From positions 79,112,001 to 79,176,000 of the forward strand of contig NC_042997.1 of assembly GCF_006345805.1 (NCBI RefSeq): 64,000 nucleotides of DNA, given 5' to 3'. Each line of letters opens with the position of its first letter. Position 1 is the stretch's first letter. This DNA comes from Octopus sinensis. Its lineage: Eukaryota. The translations under genes were made by a program, and so were the position numbers. Positions 37,949 through 51,130 of the stretch are shown one piece after another. Below the pieces are notes generated by a model. The model had not been told where the DNA came from. It saw only the letters and a program-made list of their open reading frames with translations, and did no database searches.

Positions 37949-37998
<50 letters not shown>

Positions 37999-38200
37999 AA
38001 TCTATCTATGTGTATGTATGGAGAGAGAGAGGAGGGAGAGAAAGTGTGAGAGAGAGGAGGGAGAGAAAGTGTGAGAGAGAGGGGGGAGAGAGATTAATAA
38101 ACACACATGTACACACTAAAAATATATGTATGTATGTATACAGTATGCATGTGTGTGTGCATGCGCGCGCGCGTGTGTGTGTGTGTGTGTGTGTGTAAAT
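37920..38200. repeat. Compound microsatellite (TATC)n/(GA)n/(GT)n
   Basis: Direct reading. Confidence 0.9.
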
Positions 38201-38884
38201 ATATGTACTCACACAACGACCAATTTATTTTGTACTCTCTGCCATCATATACACTGATATTACATCAAGATATTTTGATTCGTTATAAGTGGTAAGTTGG
38301 CAGTCATTAAAGTGTCAATAATGCCTTGCAGTATTCCTTCCAGTTCTCTGTTTTAAGTTCAAATCCTGTGAAGGTCAACTTTTTCTTTTATTCTTTCAGG
38401 TTCAATAACTAAAGTACCACTTTTGAGTCCATTTCTCTTCTCTCATTATTTTCCACTTTCTTCCTAGAAGTAATTGGTTCTGTTCATAAAATGGCAAGAG
38501 AGATGATAGACTCCAGCAAGTTTTAAAATGCCCAAGTATGTCACAATGGTAACCCTCATAACTCCATTAGGAAATGAGAAAGGACAAATTGTGTTGTGAG
38601 AATTATTTATTTAAAATATCTTTATTAGTGCTAACACATTATCTTAAAGATAGTTTATTTGCACTAATAAAATTTTGTATGTGGAGATTATTTAATGTGA
38701 ATTTTTGTATAGGAATCACTGTGTCCAATAGTGAAATGCATCAAGTTAAGATGCTCAATAACAAGGGAAGGATTGACAATTACTGAAGTGGAAAATTCCT
38801 TACTGGAAACATTTGTGGCAGTTGTGGCCTCAGATCAGTTGTGATTCAATGAATTCCAAATGAAAACCTTCCACCTGTGACCAG

Positions 38885-38907
38885 AGAGAGGAAAAGAGAG
38901 AGGGAGA

Positions 38908-38964
<57 letters not shown>

Positions 38965-38990
38965 TGTGTGTTTGTGCGTGTGTGTGTAAA
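38885..38990. repeat. (GA)n(GT)n microsatellite
   Basis: Direct reading. Confidence 0.9.
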
Positions 38991-39038
38991 GCAATAAAGA
39001 GCACAGATACACAGGAAACTAATTTCCTCAAATGTGTT

Positions 39039-39538
39039 GACCCAGGAAGACATGGGATGAGGTGGTCAAGCATGACCTTTGAACGTTGGGCCTCACAGAG
39101 GCAATGAGGAAAGACTGAGACCTCTGGAGATATGCTGTGACTGCGAAGACCTGACAAATAAAGTGAGTTCATGGCTGTATCCTACACCAGCTTCACACAA
39201 CCAGCCCCAGCCTATTGAAAGTACCTCGGATTGCAGGACTGCCTGCGGTGCTTACCTTGGATTGTGGGGTGACCTGCTGTGCTTGAGGAGACCTATTGAG
39301 TCAAGTACATCAACATCAAAATAAAAATCAAATGGAATTGTAGTTGTGATACCCGTGCCGGTGGCACATAAAAAGCACCCACTACACTCATGGAGTGGTT
39401 GGCATTAGGAAGGGCATCCAGCTGTAGAAACACTGCCAGATCAAACTGGAGCCTGGTGTAGCCTCCTGGTTTCCCAGACCCCGGTTGAATCATCCAACCC
39501 ATGCTAGCTAGCATGGAAAACGGACGTTAAACAATGAT
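39039..39538 (+). mobile_element. RTE-clade LINE 3' end (severely 5'-truncated)
   Basis: CCCAGGAAGACATGGGATGAGGTGG (RPRKTWDEV) through tail CGGACGTTAAACAATGAT. Confidence 0.9.
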
Positions 39539-39544
39539 ATATAT

Positions 39545-39577
<33 letters not shown>

Positions 39578-39579
<2 letters not shown>

Positions 39580-42050
39580 CATCATCATCATCATCATCGT
39601 TTAACGTCCGTTTTCCGCGCTAGCACGGGTTGGACGGTTCGACCGGGGTCTGAGAAGCTATTTTAGCTGCACCAGGCTCCAGTCTGATCTGGCAGTGTTT
39701 CTACAGCTGGATGAACTTCCTAATGCCAACCACTCAATGAGTGTAGTGGGTGCTTTTTACGTGCCACCAGCACAGGTGCCAGGGGAGTCTGGCAGCGGCC
39801 ACGATCGGTTGGTGCTTTTAACATGCCACCGGCACGGAAGCTAGTCAAGGTGGCGCTGGCATCGGCCATGTTCAGATGGTGCTTTTTATGTGCCACCGGC
39901 ACAGCTATCACAACTACTATTTCCATTGATATTTATTTCAATGTTCATGTACTTGACTCAATAGGTCTCCTCAAGCACAGTGGGTTGTTCTGAAATCCAA
40001 GGTACTTTGAATAGGCTGGGGCTATGCGGAACTGGTGCAGGAAGCAGCCCGGGTCTTTGCAGTCACAGCATATCTCCAGAGATCTCGGTCATTCATCATT
40101 GCCTCTGTGAGGCCCAACGCTCTGAGGTCATGCTTGACTACCTCATCCCATGTCTTCCTAGGTCTACCTCTCCCCCTGATACCTTCAACTGTTTGGGAGC
40201 GGCACTTCTTCACACATCTCTCCTCATCCATCCGCAGTGCATGATCATACCATCGCTCTTGCACACCACATCTGATGCTTCTTATGTCCATCATTTCTCT
40301 CAGGATGCTTACACTCTGTCATGCGTGCACACTGACATTACACATCCAGCGGATCATGTTAGCTTCATTTCTTTCAAGTCTACACATGTCCTCTGCAGTC
40401 ACAGCCCATGTTTCACTACCATGAAGCATGGTAGTTTGCACTCATGCATCATGCAATCTACCTTTCACTCTGAGCGAGAGACCCTTTGTCGCCAGTAGGG
40501 GTAGGAGCTTTCTAAACTTTGCCCAGGCTATTCGTATTCTAGTGGTGACACTCTCTGAGCATCCACCTCCACTACTAACTTGGTCACCTAGGTAGCGGAA
40601 ACTATCAACTACTTCTAGTTTCTCCCCCTGGAGTGTGATGGAATCTGTTTTCTGAGTATCTGTGGTGTCTATTGTCCCTGTGCATCTGCCGCACATGAAA
40701 GCTATCTTATCAGTTAATTTCCCTTTGATGTTGCTGCACCTCTTATGCGTCCATAGCTTACACTGGGTACATCTTATGGAGTTTCTACCAACACCTTTCC
40801 TACAGATCGAGCAGGGCCACCTGCCCGAGGGGGTATGTGCTGAGTTCGCCTTTCTGCTCACTATAACTTTGGTCTTTGCTACATTTACTCTAAGTCCCTT
40901 TGATTCTAACCCTTGCTTCCACACCCGAAATTTTCTTTTCTAGTTCCAGGAATGATTCTGCTATGAGAGCCAGGTCATCAGCATAGAGGAGCTCCAAGGG
41001 GCAACCTGTTTTGAATTCCTCTGTTATTGCCTGGAGGACTATGATGAATAAAAGGGGACTGAGGGCTGAACCTTGGAATTCTTCACTATATTCATTGCCA
41101 ATCCTAACCTTGCTGACAGCCTTTCTATATAGGGCCTGTACAGCCCTTATTAGCCATTCGTCAATCTCCAGTTTCCGCATTGACCACCAGATAAGGGATT
41201 GGGGGACCTGTCAAAGGCTTTCTGCAAGTCCACAAATGCTATGTAGAGGGGTTTATCTTTAGCTAGGTATTTCTCCTGCAGTTGTCGGACCAGGAATATA
41301 GCATCAGTGGTGCTTCTACCTGGCACAAAACCGAACTGCATCTCATCTAAGCAAATTCTCTCCCTAATGAGATGGATTATGACCCTCTCTGTGACCGTCA
41401 TCACCTGATCCAACAGTTTAATACCCCTGTAGTTATTTCTATCTAAAGCATCACCTTTACCCTTGTAGCAGTTGACTATGGTGCTGCTACGCCAGTCATT
41501 GGGTATGACTCCATTATGAACTACCTGGTTTACAATGTGGGTGACTAGGCCATAGCCCACACAACCAGCTGTTTTAAGCATCTCAGCAGTGATTCCTGAT
41601 GGTCCGGGAGCTTTTCCTGGTTTCATACCCTTAATTGCCTTAACTACAAGGGAGGTGTCTATTCAGATAGCTGGTCCCTCTACTGGGTCAACATTTGGCA
41701 GGCTCTCCTCCTCCCATTCATTCTCCACATTCAGCAGTCTTTCATAATGGCTTCTCCAAGCCTCTTTCTTTTCACCGTCATTAAAAGCGAGTGCCCCATC
41801 ATCCATGCGGACACATTTCTCTCCTGTAACATCACTATTTTCTCTCACACACTATCTAGCAATCCAAAATACCGCGGTTCTTTGGTCCTCACATCGCTGG
41901 ACATTGGCAAACTTCTTCTTTTCTGCTACATCTTTGGCTATGTATACCTGCTGCCCAGCCTCCCTTTTGGCTACCTGGTACAGTTCCCTGCTACCCCCAT
42001 CCCTCCAGGCTTTCCAGGCCTGTTTCTTTGCTCTAATGTCTTTGTCTAAA
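39578..42050 (-). mobile_element. 5'-truncated RTE-clade LINE (about 2.5 kb)
   Basis: ORFs 41150-41626, 40890-41180, 40442-40924 and 40022-40294 give consecutive RT segments separated by frameshifts; (GAT)n tail. Confidence 0.95.
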
Positions 42051-42770
42051 CCTTTAAAGGTATTTTTTAATATACTGGCGATTGATAGAATTTTTCGAAA
42101 AATTTTATCCTATATTAGATGTAAATTTAATAGTGTTCACTTCCGGACTCTCTCACTCTATGAGAGTTTTCAGTCTGATCGCATGTGTCTCGAGGTGTGC
42201 TGAAGAATTTCTATTTTGGATATATTTGGGGTACTTAAGTGTGCTCATGACTTAGTGTTTGCTTCTTCCATGGGTGAAAGTAAGTATTTCATTTATTTCT
42301 TACTGTATTTATTGCTGATGAAGAGAAAATTCTTATGAATTAACTCTGAAATTGGGACCGATATGATAATAACGGAATTTTTTAGAAATTTCTGTCGGCT
42401 TGCTTCGAGACACATGCTTATAGTGATAAATTATATGGTTATTGATGATTTGTCTATTTTTGGCATATTTGGTATTAGAATATTTTTCTTTTGCCCTTGT
42501 TTATAAGTTATATATATATATATATATATATAACTGCCTTTCGAAACACGTGTAGAATGAAATAAAACGATTTCTGTTCAATCTGCGTTCAGCTCCATTT
42601 CTTCAATTCACCAATAATGTTTTAATTTCAATTATCCGCACCAACGCACGGTTGCAACGCCAGATGGTTGTACCTCCAACCGTGCTGTTCACTGCTGTGA
42701 TTTTTGCTACTAAGGTATCGGTTAAACTTTTGATTAATCTACTACAAGATTATTCATCTTTCTATTTCAC

Positions 42771-42818
<48 letters not shown>

Positions 42819-42822
42819 CATA

Positions 42823-44079
42823 CAGGGGTTGGACAAAATAATGGAAACACCTAGCATCATAATTTTGAAATATCTATAAAACTGTCAAAAGCTTGTTTTT
42901 TTATGGTTTTTTTGATTTATTGTTAGTGTTGCTTAATATGTTTTGCTAAAATTGTTGTTTCTTTTCAGATATCATCAGAAAAAGGTAATTAAAATTCATT
43001 AAAATGACAGATCTATCGGACTTTCAAAGAGGTCAAATTGCTGGTGCTCATATGGCTGGCACTAGTGTAACATAAACAGCTGTAATGTTTGGTGTATCAA
43101 GAAGTACTGTCTCAAAAATAATGACAGCCTTTGAGAAAGTGGGGAAAATCTCATCCAAACAAAACTCCGAAAGAAAACCAAAACTTTCAGATAGAGACTC
43201 TTACACAAATTGTTAGAAAGGATCACAAAAGTACAGATCCCAAAATTACTGCAGAGCTTAATGATCACCTCAAGAACCCAGTTTCCACAAAAACTGTTCG
43301 CTGGGAGCTGCACAAATCCAAAATTTCATGGGAGGGTCACAATCAGAAAATCACTACTTTCTAAAACAAACGTTGCAAAGTGTTTAGAGTGGAGTAAAAA
43401 CCTACAGAATTGCTCCCTAGAGCAGTGGAAGAATGTTATTTTCTTGAACAAGTCATCCTTTATCTTATTTCCAACCACCGGCTGAGTATACATGTGGAGC
43501 CAGCCAAAAGAAGCTTTTAACCCAGACTGCCTTCTTCAAACTGTGAAACATGGAGGAGGATCTGTGATGATCTGGTGGGGGGGGGCTATATCTTGGAAAT
43601 CTGCCAACCCAATGGTTTCCCTTCATGGCAGAATTAATAGTGAAGACTATTTAAGCATTTTATCTAATCAAATTCATCCTATGGTTGCAGAACTGTTTCC
43701 AGAGGGAAACACAATCTTTCAGGAAGATAATGCATCAATTCACACAACTAAAATTCTTACTGAATGACATGAGGAACATTCTAGTGAAGTTGAACATCTT
43801 ATCTGGCCACCACAGTCCCCAGATCTCAATATTCTTGAACATTTAAGGTGCAATGACCCCAAGTAAGGAGTCAATATCCTCCACCATCATCATTACAAGA
43901 ACTGGAGACTGTTTTAGCTGAAGAATGAACAAAAATTCCTTTGGAAACAATTCAAACTTTATACGATTCCATCCCTCATAGAATTCAAGCTGTAATTCCT
44001 GCGAAAGGTGGGCCTACCTCATATTAAAATAAATTTGCTTGAAATTTTAAGGTATTTCCATTATTTTGTCCAACCCCTG
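42823..44079 (+). mobile_element. Full-length Tc1-family transposon (1257 bp) with decayed transposase
   Basis: TA-flanked 30-bp TIRs CAGGGGTTGGACAAAATAATGGAAACACCT / AGGTATTTCCATTATTTTGTCCAACCCCTG; transposase 43004-44027 (MTDLSDFQRGQIAGA...TVKHGGGSVMIW...FQEDNASIH...WPPQSPDLNILEH), with stops and frameshifts. Confidence 0.95.
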
Positions 44080-44089
44080 TATATACATA

Positions 44090-45707
44090 TCACCATCATC
44101 GTTTAACGTCCGCTTTCCATGCTAGCATGGGTTGGACAATTTGACTGAGGACTGGTGAACCAGATGGCTGCGCCAGGCTCCAATCTGATCTGGCAGAGTT
44201 TCTACAGCTGGATGCCCTTCCTAACGCCAACCACTCCGAGAGTGGTGCTTTTAAAGTGCCACTGGCCAGTCTGGTGGTACTATATTTATATATTTTATAT
44301 TTTATATAGTTTCAGCTCACGAGCTGTTGCCATGCTGGGGCACCACCATTTGGTGTTGCTACATGATTTTACTTCACGAATACTTTTTAGCAATTGCCAT
44401 TTGGTGCATGAGAGAGTCTGATGCAGCTGCCCTCATCTGCACCTCCTGCCATGAAGTTAGTTCATCTGGGACACCCGACAGGAAGAGATCCAGTTTTATT
44501 TTAAAAACATCTGCATCCACCCCATGCAGGTCTCACAAGTCCTTCGGGAGGATATTGAAGAGCTGTGGACCTCTGAAGCCCAGGCTATCACAGTATCTTG
44601 TCCTACATCTTGATGGCAAATTTGGAGTCCTTGGCACTATGCAGTGGTGCCCAGTTCTAGTATTTGTGTAACTCTCGATGCCAAAGTTTGGGACAAGTCC
44701 TTCCAGGATCTTCCAGATGTATATTATGGCATATCTTTCTCGTCTACACTCTAAGGAATAGAGTCTTAATCTCTTGAGTCTTTCTCAATAGCTTATATGC
44801 TGCACAGAGGCTATCTTCTTCGTGTAGCTTTGTTGGATCGCCTCAAGTTCTGTGATTAATTTGATACTGGATGGTGACCATAGCTGAGAGCAATAGTCAA
44901 AGTGGCTTAGGACAAGTGTCCTCCAGAGGACCATCATGGTTTCCTGGTCTCTTGTTCTAAAGGTTCTAAGAATCCATCCGGTCAGCCGTCTACATTTCAT
45001 TGCCAGTTTAGCAACATGCACATGAAAGGTTGCATCATTACTCATGTAAATACCCAGGTCTCGCACTGATTGTGCCTCTGGGATTGCAATCCCTCCAGGT
45101 CCAGTGTATTTATTGGGTATTGCATTTAGTTTTGCATGCTGATAACATAAACTTTTCAGCATTGAACTGCATGCTATTCTTTTCAGCCCACTTGTATATT
45201 TTGTCCAGCTCACATTGCAGGTTCATAGTGTCTTCAGGGTTCTGTATTACCTGTGAAACTTTTGTATCATCTGCATAACTTGTGATCGTGGCTCTCTGCG
45301 TGGCTGAAGGCATGTCTGAGAGGGCCATTATGAATAGTAGTGGTCCCAAAACAGTGCCCTGCGGAACACCGCTCACTATTTGCGTGTTAATGGAGGTGGC
45401 CCCATTGGCTACTACCACCTGACTTCTATCCTTCAGAAAGTTATGAAGCCATTCTCCTAATTTTCCAACTATGCCAAGATCACGCAGTTTGTGATATATC
45501 ATTCCATGATCGACTTTATCAAAAGCTTTTGCAAAGTCGAGATATATCACTTCCACATTTGAGTGGTTGAGCAGTTGCTTCAGTACCCAGTCATAGTGTT
45601 GTAGGAGCTGAGTTAGGCAACTTCTTCCTGGTCGGAAACCATGTTGGGTGTCAGGCAGCAAGTACTGGCAACGGCCGCGCTCAAAATGGTGTTTTTTACG
45701 TGCCACA
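44090..45707 (-). mobile_element. RTE-type 3'-tail element split by the CR1 insertion
   Basis: Tail ATCATCGTTTAACGTCCGCTTTCC at 44095; the element resumes at 45662 (GTACTGGCAACGGCCGCGCTCAAAATGG). Confidence 0.8.
44282..45661 (-). mobile_element. 5'-truncated CR1-clade LINE with 5-bp TSD
   Basis: YLDFAKAFDKVDHG, SGVPQGTVLGPLLF, YADDTK, LSHFDYCSQLWSP; TSD GTACT at 44277-44281 and 45662-45666; tail (ATAAAAT)n-like. Confidence 0.92.
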
Positions 45708-46052
45708 ATGTCTGCTTTCCAAGCTGGGCATCTCAACTGAAAGAGCAGACAACATTGTGACAAAAGAACTTGGGTTCTCAAAGGTTTCTGCAAGGTGGGT
45801 CCCTCACCGTTTTACTCCTGAACAGAAATGCACCAGGGGCATTTTGTCCACAAGCAATCTGGAACTACTTGAAGCTGATGAAGAGAATTTTCTTGCTTGT
45901 TTCATTACTATGGATGAAATTTGGGTTCATCACTACCAGCCTGAAACCAAAGAACAATCAAAGCAGTGGAAGCACACATCTTCTTCTACCCCAAAGAAGG
46001 CCAGTGTCATTCCTTCAGCAGGCAAGGTCATGGCGTCCGTTTTTGAGGAATG
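45705..46052 (+). mobile_element. Mariner transposase fragment
   Basis: KVSARWVPHRFTPEQK...FITMDEIWVHHYQPETKEQSKQW...SAGKVMASVF. Confidence 0.9.
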
Positions 46053-46054
46053 TA

Positions 46055-47245
46055 CGAAGGTGGGCTGAAAAGTTCATAGGTTGACTATGAAGTAGTGATG
46101 TTGGAGCTGTGAAATTTTGCATGCATTCATTTCAATCCTTGTAATTAATAACTGCATTGTTTCTTCTCAGGTAAACTGACATCTGACCATTCAAAGAAGA
46201 CTTCAAATGTAACTAGCTGTGACTTCTCTTGAAAATCTACAAAATTTGGCATTGTGATACTATCATATACCTTCAGAAAAATGACTTAGCTTCCAACGAC
46301 ATTCATGCTGACATGGTTGCTACATTAGCCAATGAAGCATCAGCTTCGGAAGAGTTTTGAAGATCGCTAAGGGTCTGGACGTCCTGCAACAGCCACCACC
46401 AAGACAAACATTGATTGTATTCACAACATAGTGATTGATAACAGGTGACTGACTATAAATAAAATAGCAAATGCTATTAGTATATTCCATGAGAAATTTG
46501 AAAATATTCTCAAATGTCTTCCAACACTTGATCAAAAGCTGATCACATCACGGAAAAATTTGACATTGCTTGAAACAAATCCAGCTGGTTTCCTTGAATG
46601 TTTTCTAAGCCTGGATGAATATTGGGTTCTCTTTGAGTCAGAGACAAGGAGACTATCCATGCAGTGGAAACACCAGTCCTCACCTGCTCCAAAGAAGGCT
46701 AAGGTCGTTTCATCTGCAGGGAAGTTGATAACCTCAGTTTTTTGGAAAGCAAAAGGCATGTTGTTTATTGACTATCTTCAGAAGGGCCAAACCATCAATT
46801 GAGAGTACTATATCAACTTGCTGAGGCAGTTACCAAATGCTACTAAAACCAAATGCTCAGGAAAACTGACGAAAGAGGTCTTATTTCATCAGGACAATGC
46901 TCCAGCACACAAGTCCTTGGTTTCAATGATTGCTGTGCATGACTGTGACTTTGAACTGGTTGATCAGCCTCCCTACTCTTCTGATTTGTCCCCATCTGAC
47001 TATCATCTGTTCCCCAACGTGGTAAAACAATTGCCTGGGAACCAGTATTGCAATGTTGATGGCATCATATTTGCTGTTGCTACAAGTTACTTTTGAAGTC
47101 TCCTTTGAATAGGCAAATGTAAGTTTACCTGGAAAGAAACAATGCAGTTATTAAGAAGAAGTGTTGGAATTAATGCATGCATGATTTCACAGGTCTAACA
47201 TCACACCTTCTTAATCAGCCTATGAACTTTTCACTTTACCCTTGG
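46055..47245 (+). mobile_element. Near full-length mariner (D,D34D) with long (~140-bp) imperfect TIRs
   Basis: TA|CGAAGGTGGGCTGAAAAGTTCATAGG ... CCTATGAACTTTTCA; inner arm 46110-46180 matches 47115-47192 inverted; motifs LDEYWV, FHQDNAPAH and YSSDLSPSDYHLF. Confidence 0.9.
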
Positions 47246-49844
47246 TTAGCTATGCTAATATTTTGCTGGCAATGCTAATATGTAATTTAAAAGTGTAACA
47301 GTATAAACTACAAGTTATATCAAAGGATACTTTATTATTTTAAGGCTTTACTACTTATAAAGCAATGTTATTTATAGTTTTAGAAGTTGAAGAATATTAT
47401 GAAGTTGTTTCATCTTAAAGGAAGTGGGTTGTAGATGAGATGGTGGTTTGTTGTTGTTTAGCTCCAGTCAACACTGATTCAGCTGAGCATGACTTGTTTC
47501 TTTTTTTTTTCTGTGTGCAGAGAACCTAGGATCATATTAACCAATGTATATTTTTCTAAGATGGTAGGGTTTGGTTTGAGGAAAATTTGGCTGCTATTAC
47601 TAGCAGTTCAAACAACTACTTGAAACGAGATAGTTTATAGCAGAATTGGTAGAGTACCAGATAAAATGACTTGTGGCATTTAGTTACACATTAAGCTCAA
47701 ATTCCCCCAGAGGACAACTTAATTGTACTATGGAGAAATGACTCAACTGACTCTTGCTATTTCCCAAACAATTTCTAGTGCTATACCAATGTAAGAAATC
47801 AATATTTTTTTCAATAATAGCATTGTTGGTCAAGTCAATCAAGGTATTAGGCAACTAGACAAGAAGTCATTGGTTTCTATACTATCACTATCACTTCATT
47901 GGCCTGTGACTAATCCACATGGCTTAGTAAACCTAGCTGTAAATAGTTACTACATGGTATGAACAACAAGCTGTAAGAAGGGGAAGCATTATAAAATGAA
48001 CAAGTAGCTTTATTAGTAAAGGGAGCATCAGCATCTTTGATGAAGTAAACCAAAAAATTTTAATTGATTAAAATTAAATAAGTAATGCAGTGATTTTTAG
48101 CACCATACTGCTAAGAATCGCTACAATACATATTTAATCTGAAATCACAGGATAGAAATGAAGACTTTAATCATGACTTATCAACCACCGGATAGGATGA
48201 TAGTGTATTAAAAGTAACTTCCCAGAAAAGTGTGCTATTTTCAACAGCTAAATGAAGTGAGCATATCACATTAACTATCCTCCCTGACTTATAACAAATG
48301 AAATGTGGAAAGTATCAATGCAAACTCATGTTAAACAACTTTAAAATATAGTACTTTATCAACTCAACTATTCCATTTCCTTTTGTTGAATAAAGGAATT
48401 TTTAAAATCATCATTATATGGAAATCTAGCTGTAGTGAGAACAATTAAGCACTGACTAAGAAACATTAAATATATTTGAAAGAAAATATAGATTTGTAAC
48501 TGAGGTTCAAAGCCACTCATTCTAATGAAAGCAGAGTTGGTTAAATTGCCTCATTATTTGACTGATAATCATTTTATAAAACCCCAGATGATGAACAGTG
48601 AAATTGATTCTGCGGGGATTTGAATTTAAAATATAAAGTATTTTGACTGGTCCTCTGTCAATACCATCATTCACCAGCTAGCAATGAAAATATATAAATA
48701 GTTTGTTTTGTTAATTTCATAATTGTTTTGAAATATTTCAGAGCTGATTAGTGAAATTATAAAGATGGGGTATCAAATATCCTACTGAGTCAGTTTAATG
48801 AAAACTTCATCATCATTTAGTTGTTTTAGAATAACACAAGAAATACTCATGAAATTGTTAGAAATTAAACTCAGCACTAGAAGCTAATAAACCACTAATT
48901 CTAGAGTGATACTGCTGACATTACACTGATAAGCTACACAATTTGAATAGTACCAATTCAGAGTTTGATGGACTGTATAATTACAACTTAAAATCTTGGC
49001 TGTTAACTATCTCCTTATCTCCTTGTTACATGCTTCCTATTACACTACAAGCAACAATTTAGGGAAATTAATGAGATTTGGTGTCAGAAATAGTCTGACA
49101 CTCACAAATAAATTTCAAACATGAATATAAATTACAAATGAGCATTTTCTCATAGACAGAAAATAACAAACAAAATCAGATATGCATTTATTCTAGAAAT
49201 ATGTTCTGTTTGGGTGTGTTAATTTTGGTCATAAGTAAAATACAATATGTAATAAATATGAATAAATATATAAATGCCAGAAACATTAGTCTTATTGATT
49301 CTAGCACTCAAAGGTTTGTATCCTGCCAGAAACTATATGATTTGGTGTGGCACTTTAATATATCTAGGTTCATTTGGAAGTGAGATGGTTTATCAATTTA
49401 TAATCAATGTTGTCATGGACTAGCAGCTGGTCATATAAAATAGCTAGCCAACTGATGGCAGATATTAGTAAATACTAGCATTCACAGTTATAAACTAGAA
49501 CAATCAAATATAAAATTTGTTCCTGCAAATGTATACTAGAATTATTTCTTGTTAGTTTTCATGTTCATATGAGAACTTCAATTCAGTTTTATAAGCTAGC
49601 AAAACACTTGTTAAATCATGCAAGGCTCCCATTAATAATATCAGTGTGCAATGTTTCCTCATCATATTTATTTCTTGTTGGGACAGTGGTGACAGTATCA
49701 ACATTAAGTGCTTTGGCTTCTGTCAATCATTTTTTGATAGGTTGTTGGCTATATTAGACCAGCTGTTGACTTTGCCAGGTTGTAATAACCCATTGGAGAC
49801 ATCATAACAAATGAAACTCAATAACCTAAATTATTAAGCTGTAA

Positions 49845-50135
49845 TAGGCATTTGCGTGGCTGTGCGATAAAACGTTTGCTTCCCAGCCACATGGTTCTGA
49901 GCTCAGTCCCACTACGGGCTGACCAAAGCCTTGTGAGTGGATTTGGTAGATGTATGTGTGTGTGTTTGTCGCTCATCACTGCTTGACAACTGATGTTGGT
50001 GGGTTTACATCTCTGTAACGTTATAGTTTGACAAAAGTGACTAACAGAATGAGTACCAAGCTTAAAAAAAAAAAAGTACTAGAGTTGATTTGTTCAACTA
50101 AAATTCTTCAAAGCAGTGCTCCAATATGGCCTCAG
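49845..50135 (+). mobile_element. SINE family B copy (internally deleted, diverged)
   Basis: GGCATTTGCGTGGCTGTGCG...GAGCTCAGTCCCAC...GACCAAAGCCTTGTGAGTGGATTTGG...GTGCTCCAATATGGCC. Confidence 0.75.
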
Positions 50136-51130
50136 TCAGCTGTAGTATTAAAGAAAAAGGATGCATATCAAAATTATAACACCATTGAATTTCTGATTAT
50201 TAAGAAATGCATGATATGTAAATTAATCTAACAATTGTAGCTAAGTTCTAGTTTGTGACTTATTCAAATTACAGTTTGCACTCTTTATTAGTAAAGGAAT
50301 GATGAGGGACTTGTCTTATGATGAATGGCCAACAAACCATAAAATATGCCAATGCAAGGACCCTTAATTTTCAATAGATGAAGAAAGTTACAAGATATGT
50401 CTTTTTGAAGTTCCACAGGAAAAAGCTTAGCTGCTCAGTGTCATATGATTTAAATCCATGGAATTTAGTTTTATGGTGAGTCTAAATATAGGGATGTGAC
50501 TCAATATATGCATTTAGTTCTCATACATACATAAACGCATCAAAGCTAGAGTGTACCATACATGCTAACACCCATTCATTGTCACAGTTTCAAAATAGTT
50601 TCAAAGGCAAACACTAATACACACATACACAAGCATTTAAGTATTACACACACACGTGCATGTGGGCTCACATACACGGCACATAGATGAACCAACAAAA
50701 CATACACACTCTCTATTATACACACATAAACTTCATGACAATATATTCACACTTATGTAATTGTGAATATATGAGGTGGGGAGTAAGTATACAGTAAGTA
50801 TCACATCAATGTTATAATACTTAATTCATTAAAATTATTAGCCTAATTTTTTATGTCTTCAGTATCATTAATCATAGTAATACATTTATCATAACTATAA
50901 TAATACTGTTATCATAACTTTTAATTTTTTTGATAAAAGTAAATAAGTATAGTACATATTGTCTTTTTTTTCATAATTGTATATCTACTTTTACACCACC
51001 CTGTATATCAGCTCTGCATGCACAAACCAAAACATAAGTGCAAACATACTCACATGCCCACAGGATACATACAAACAAAGAAACATATTCAAACGACTCA
51101 TGTAACAAACAAAAAATATACATACAAATA

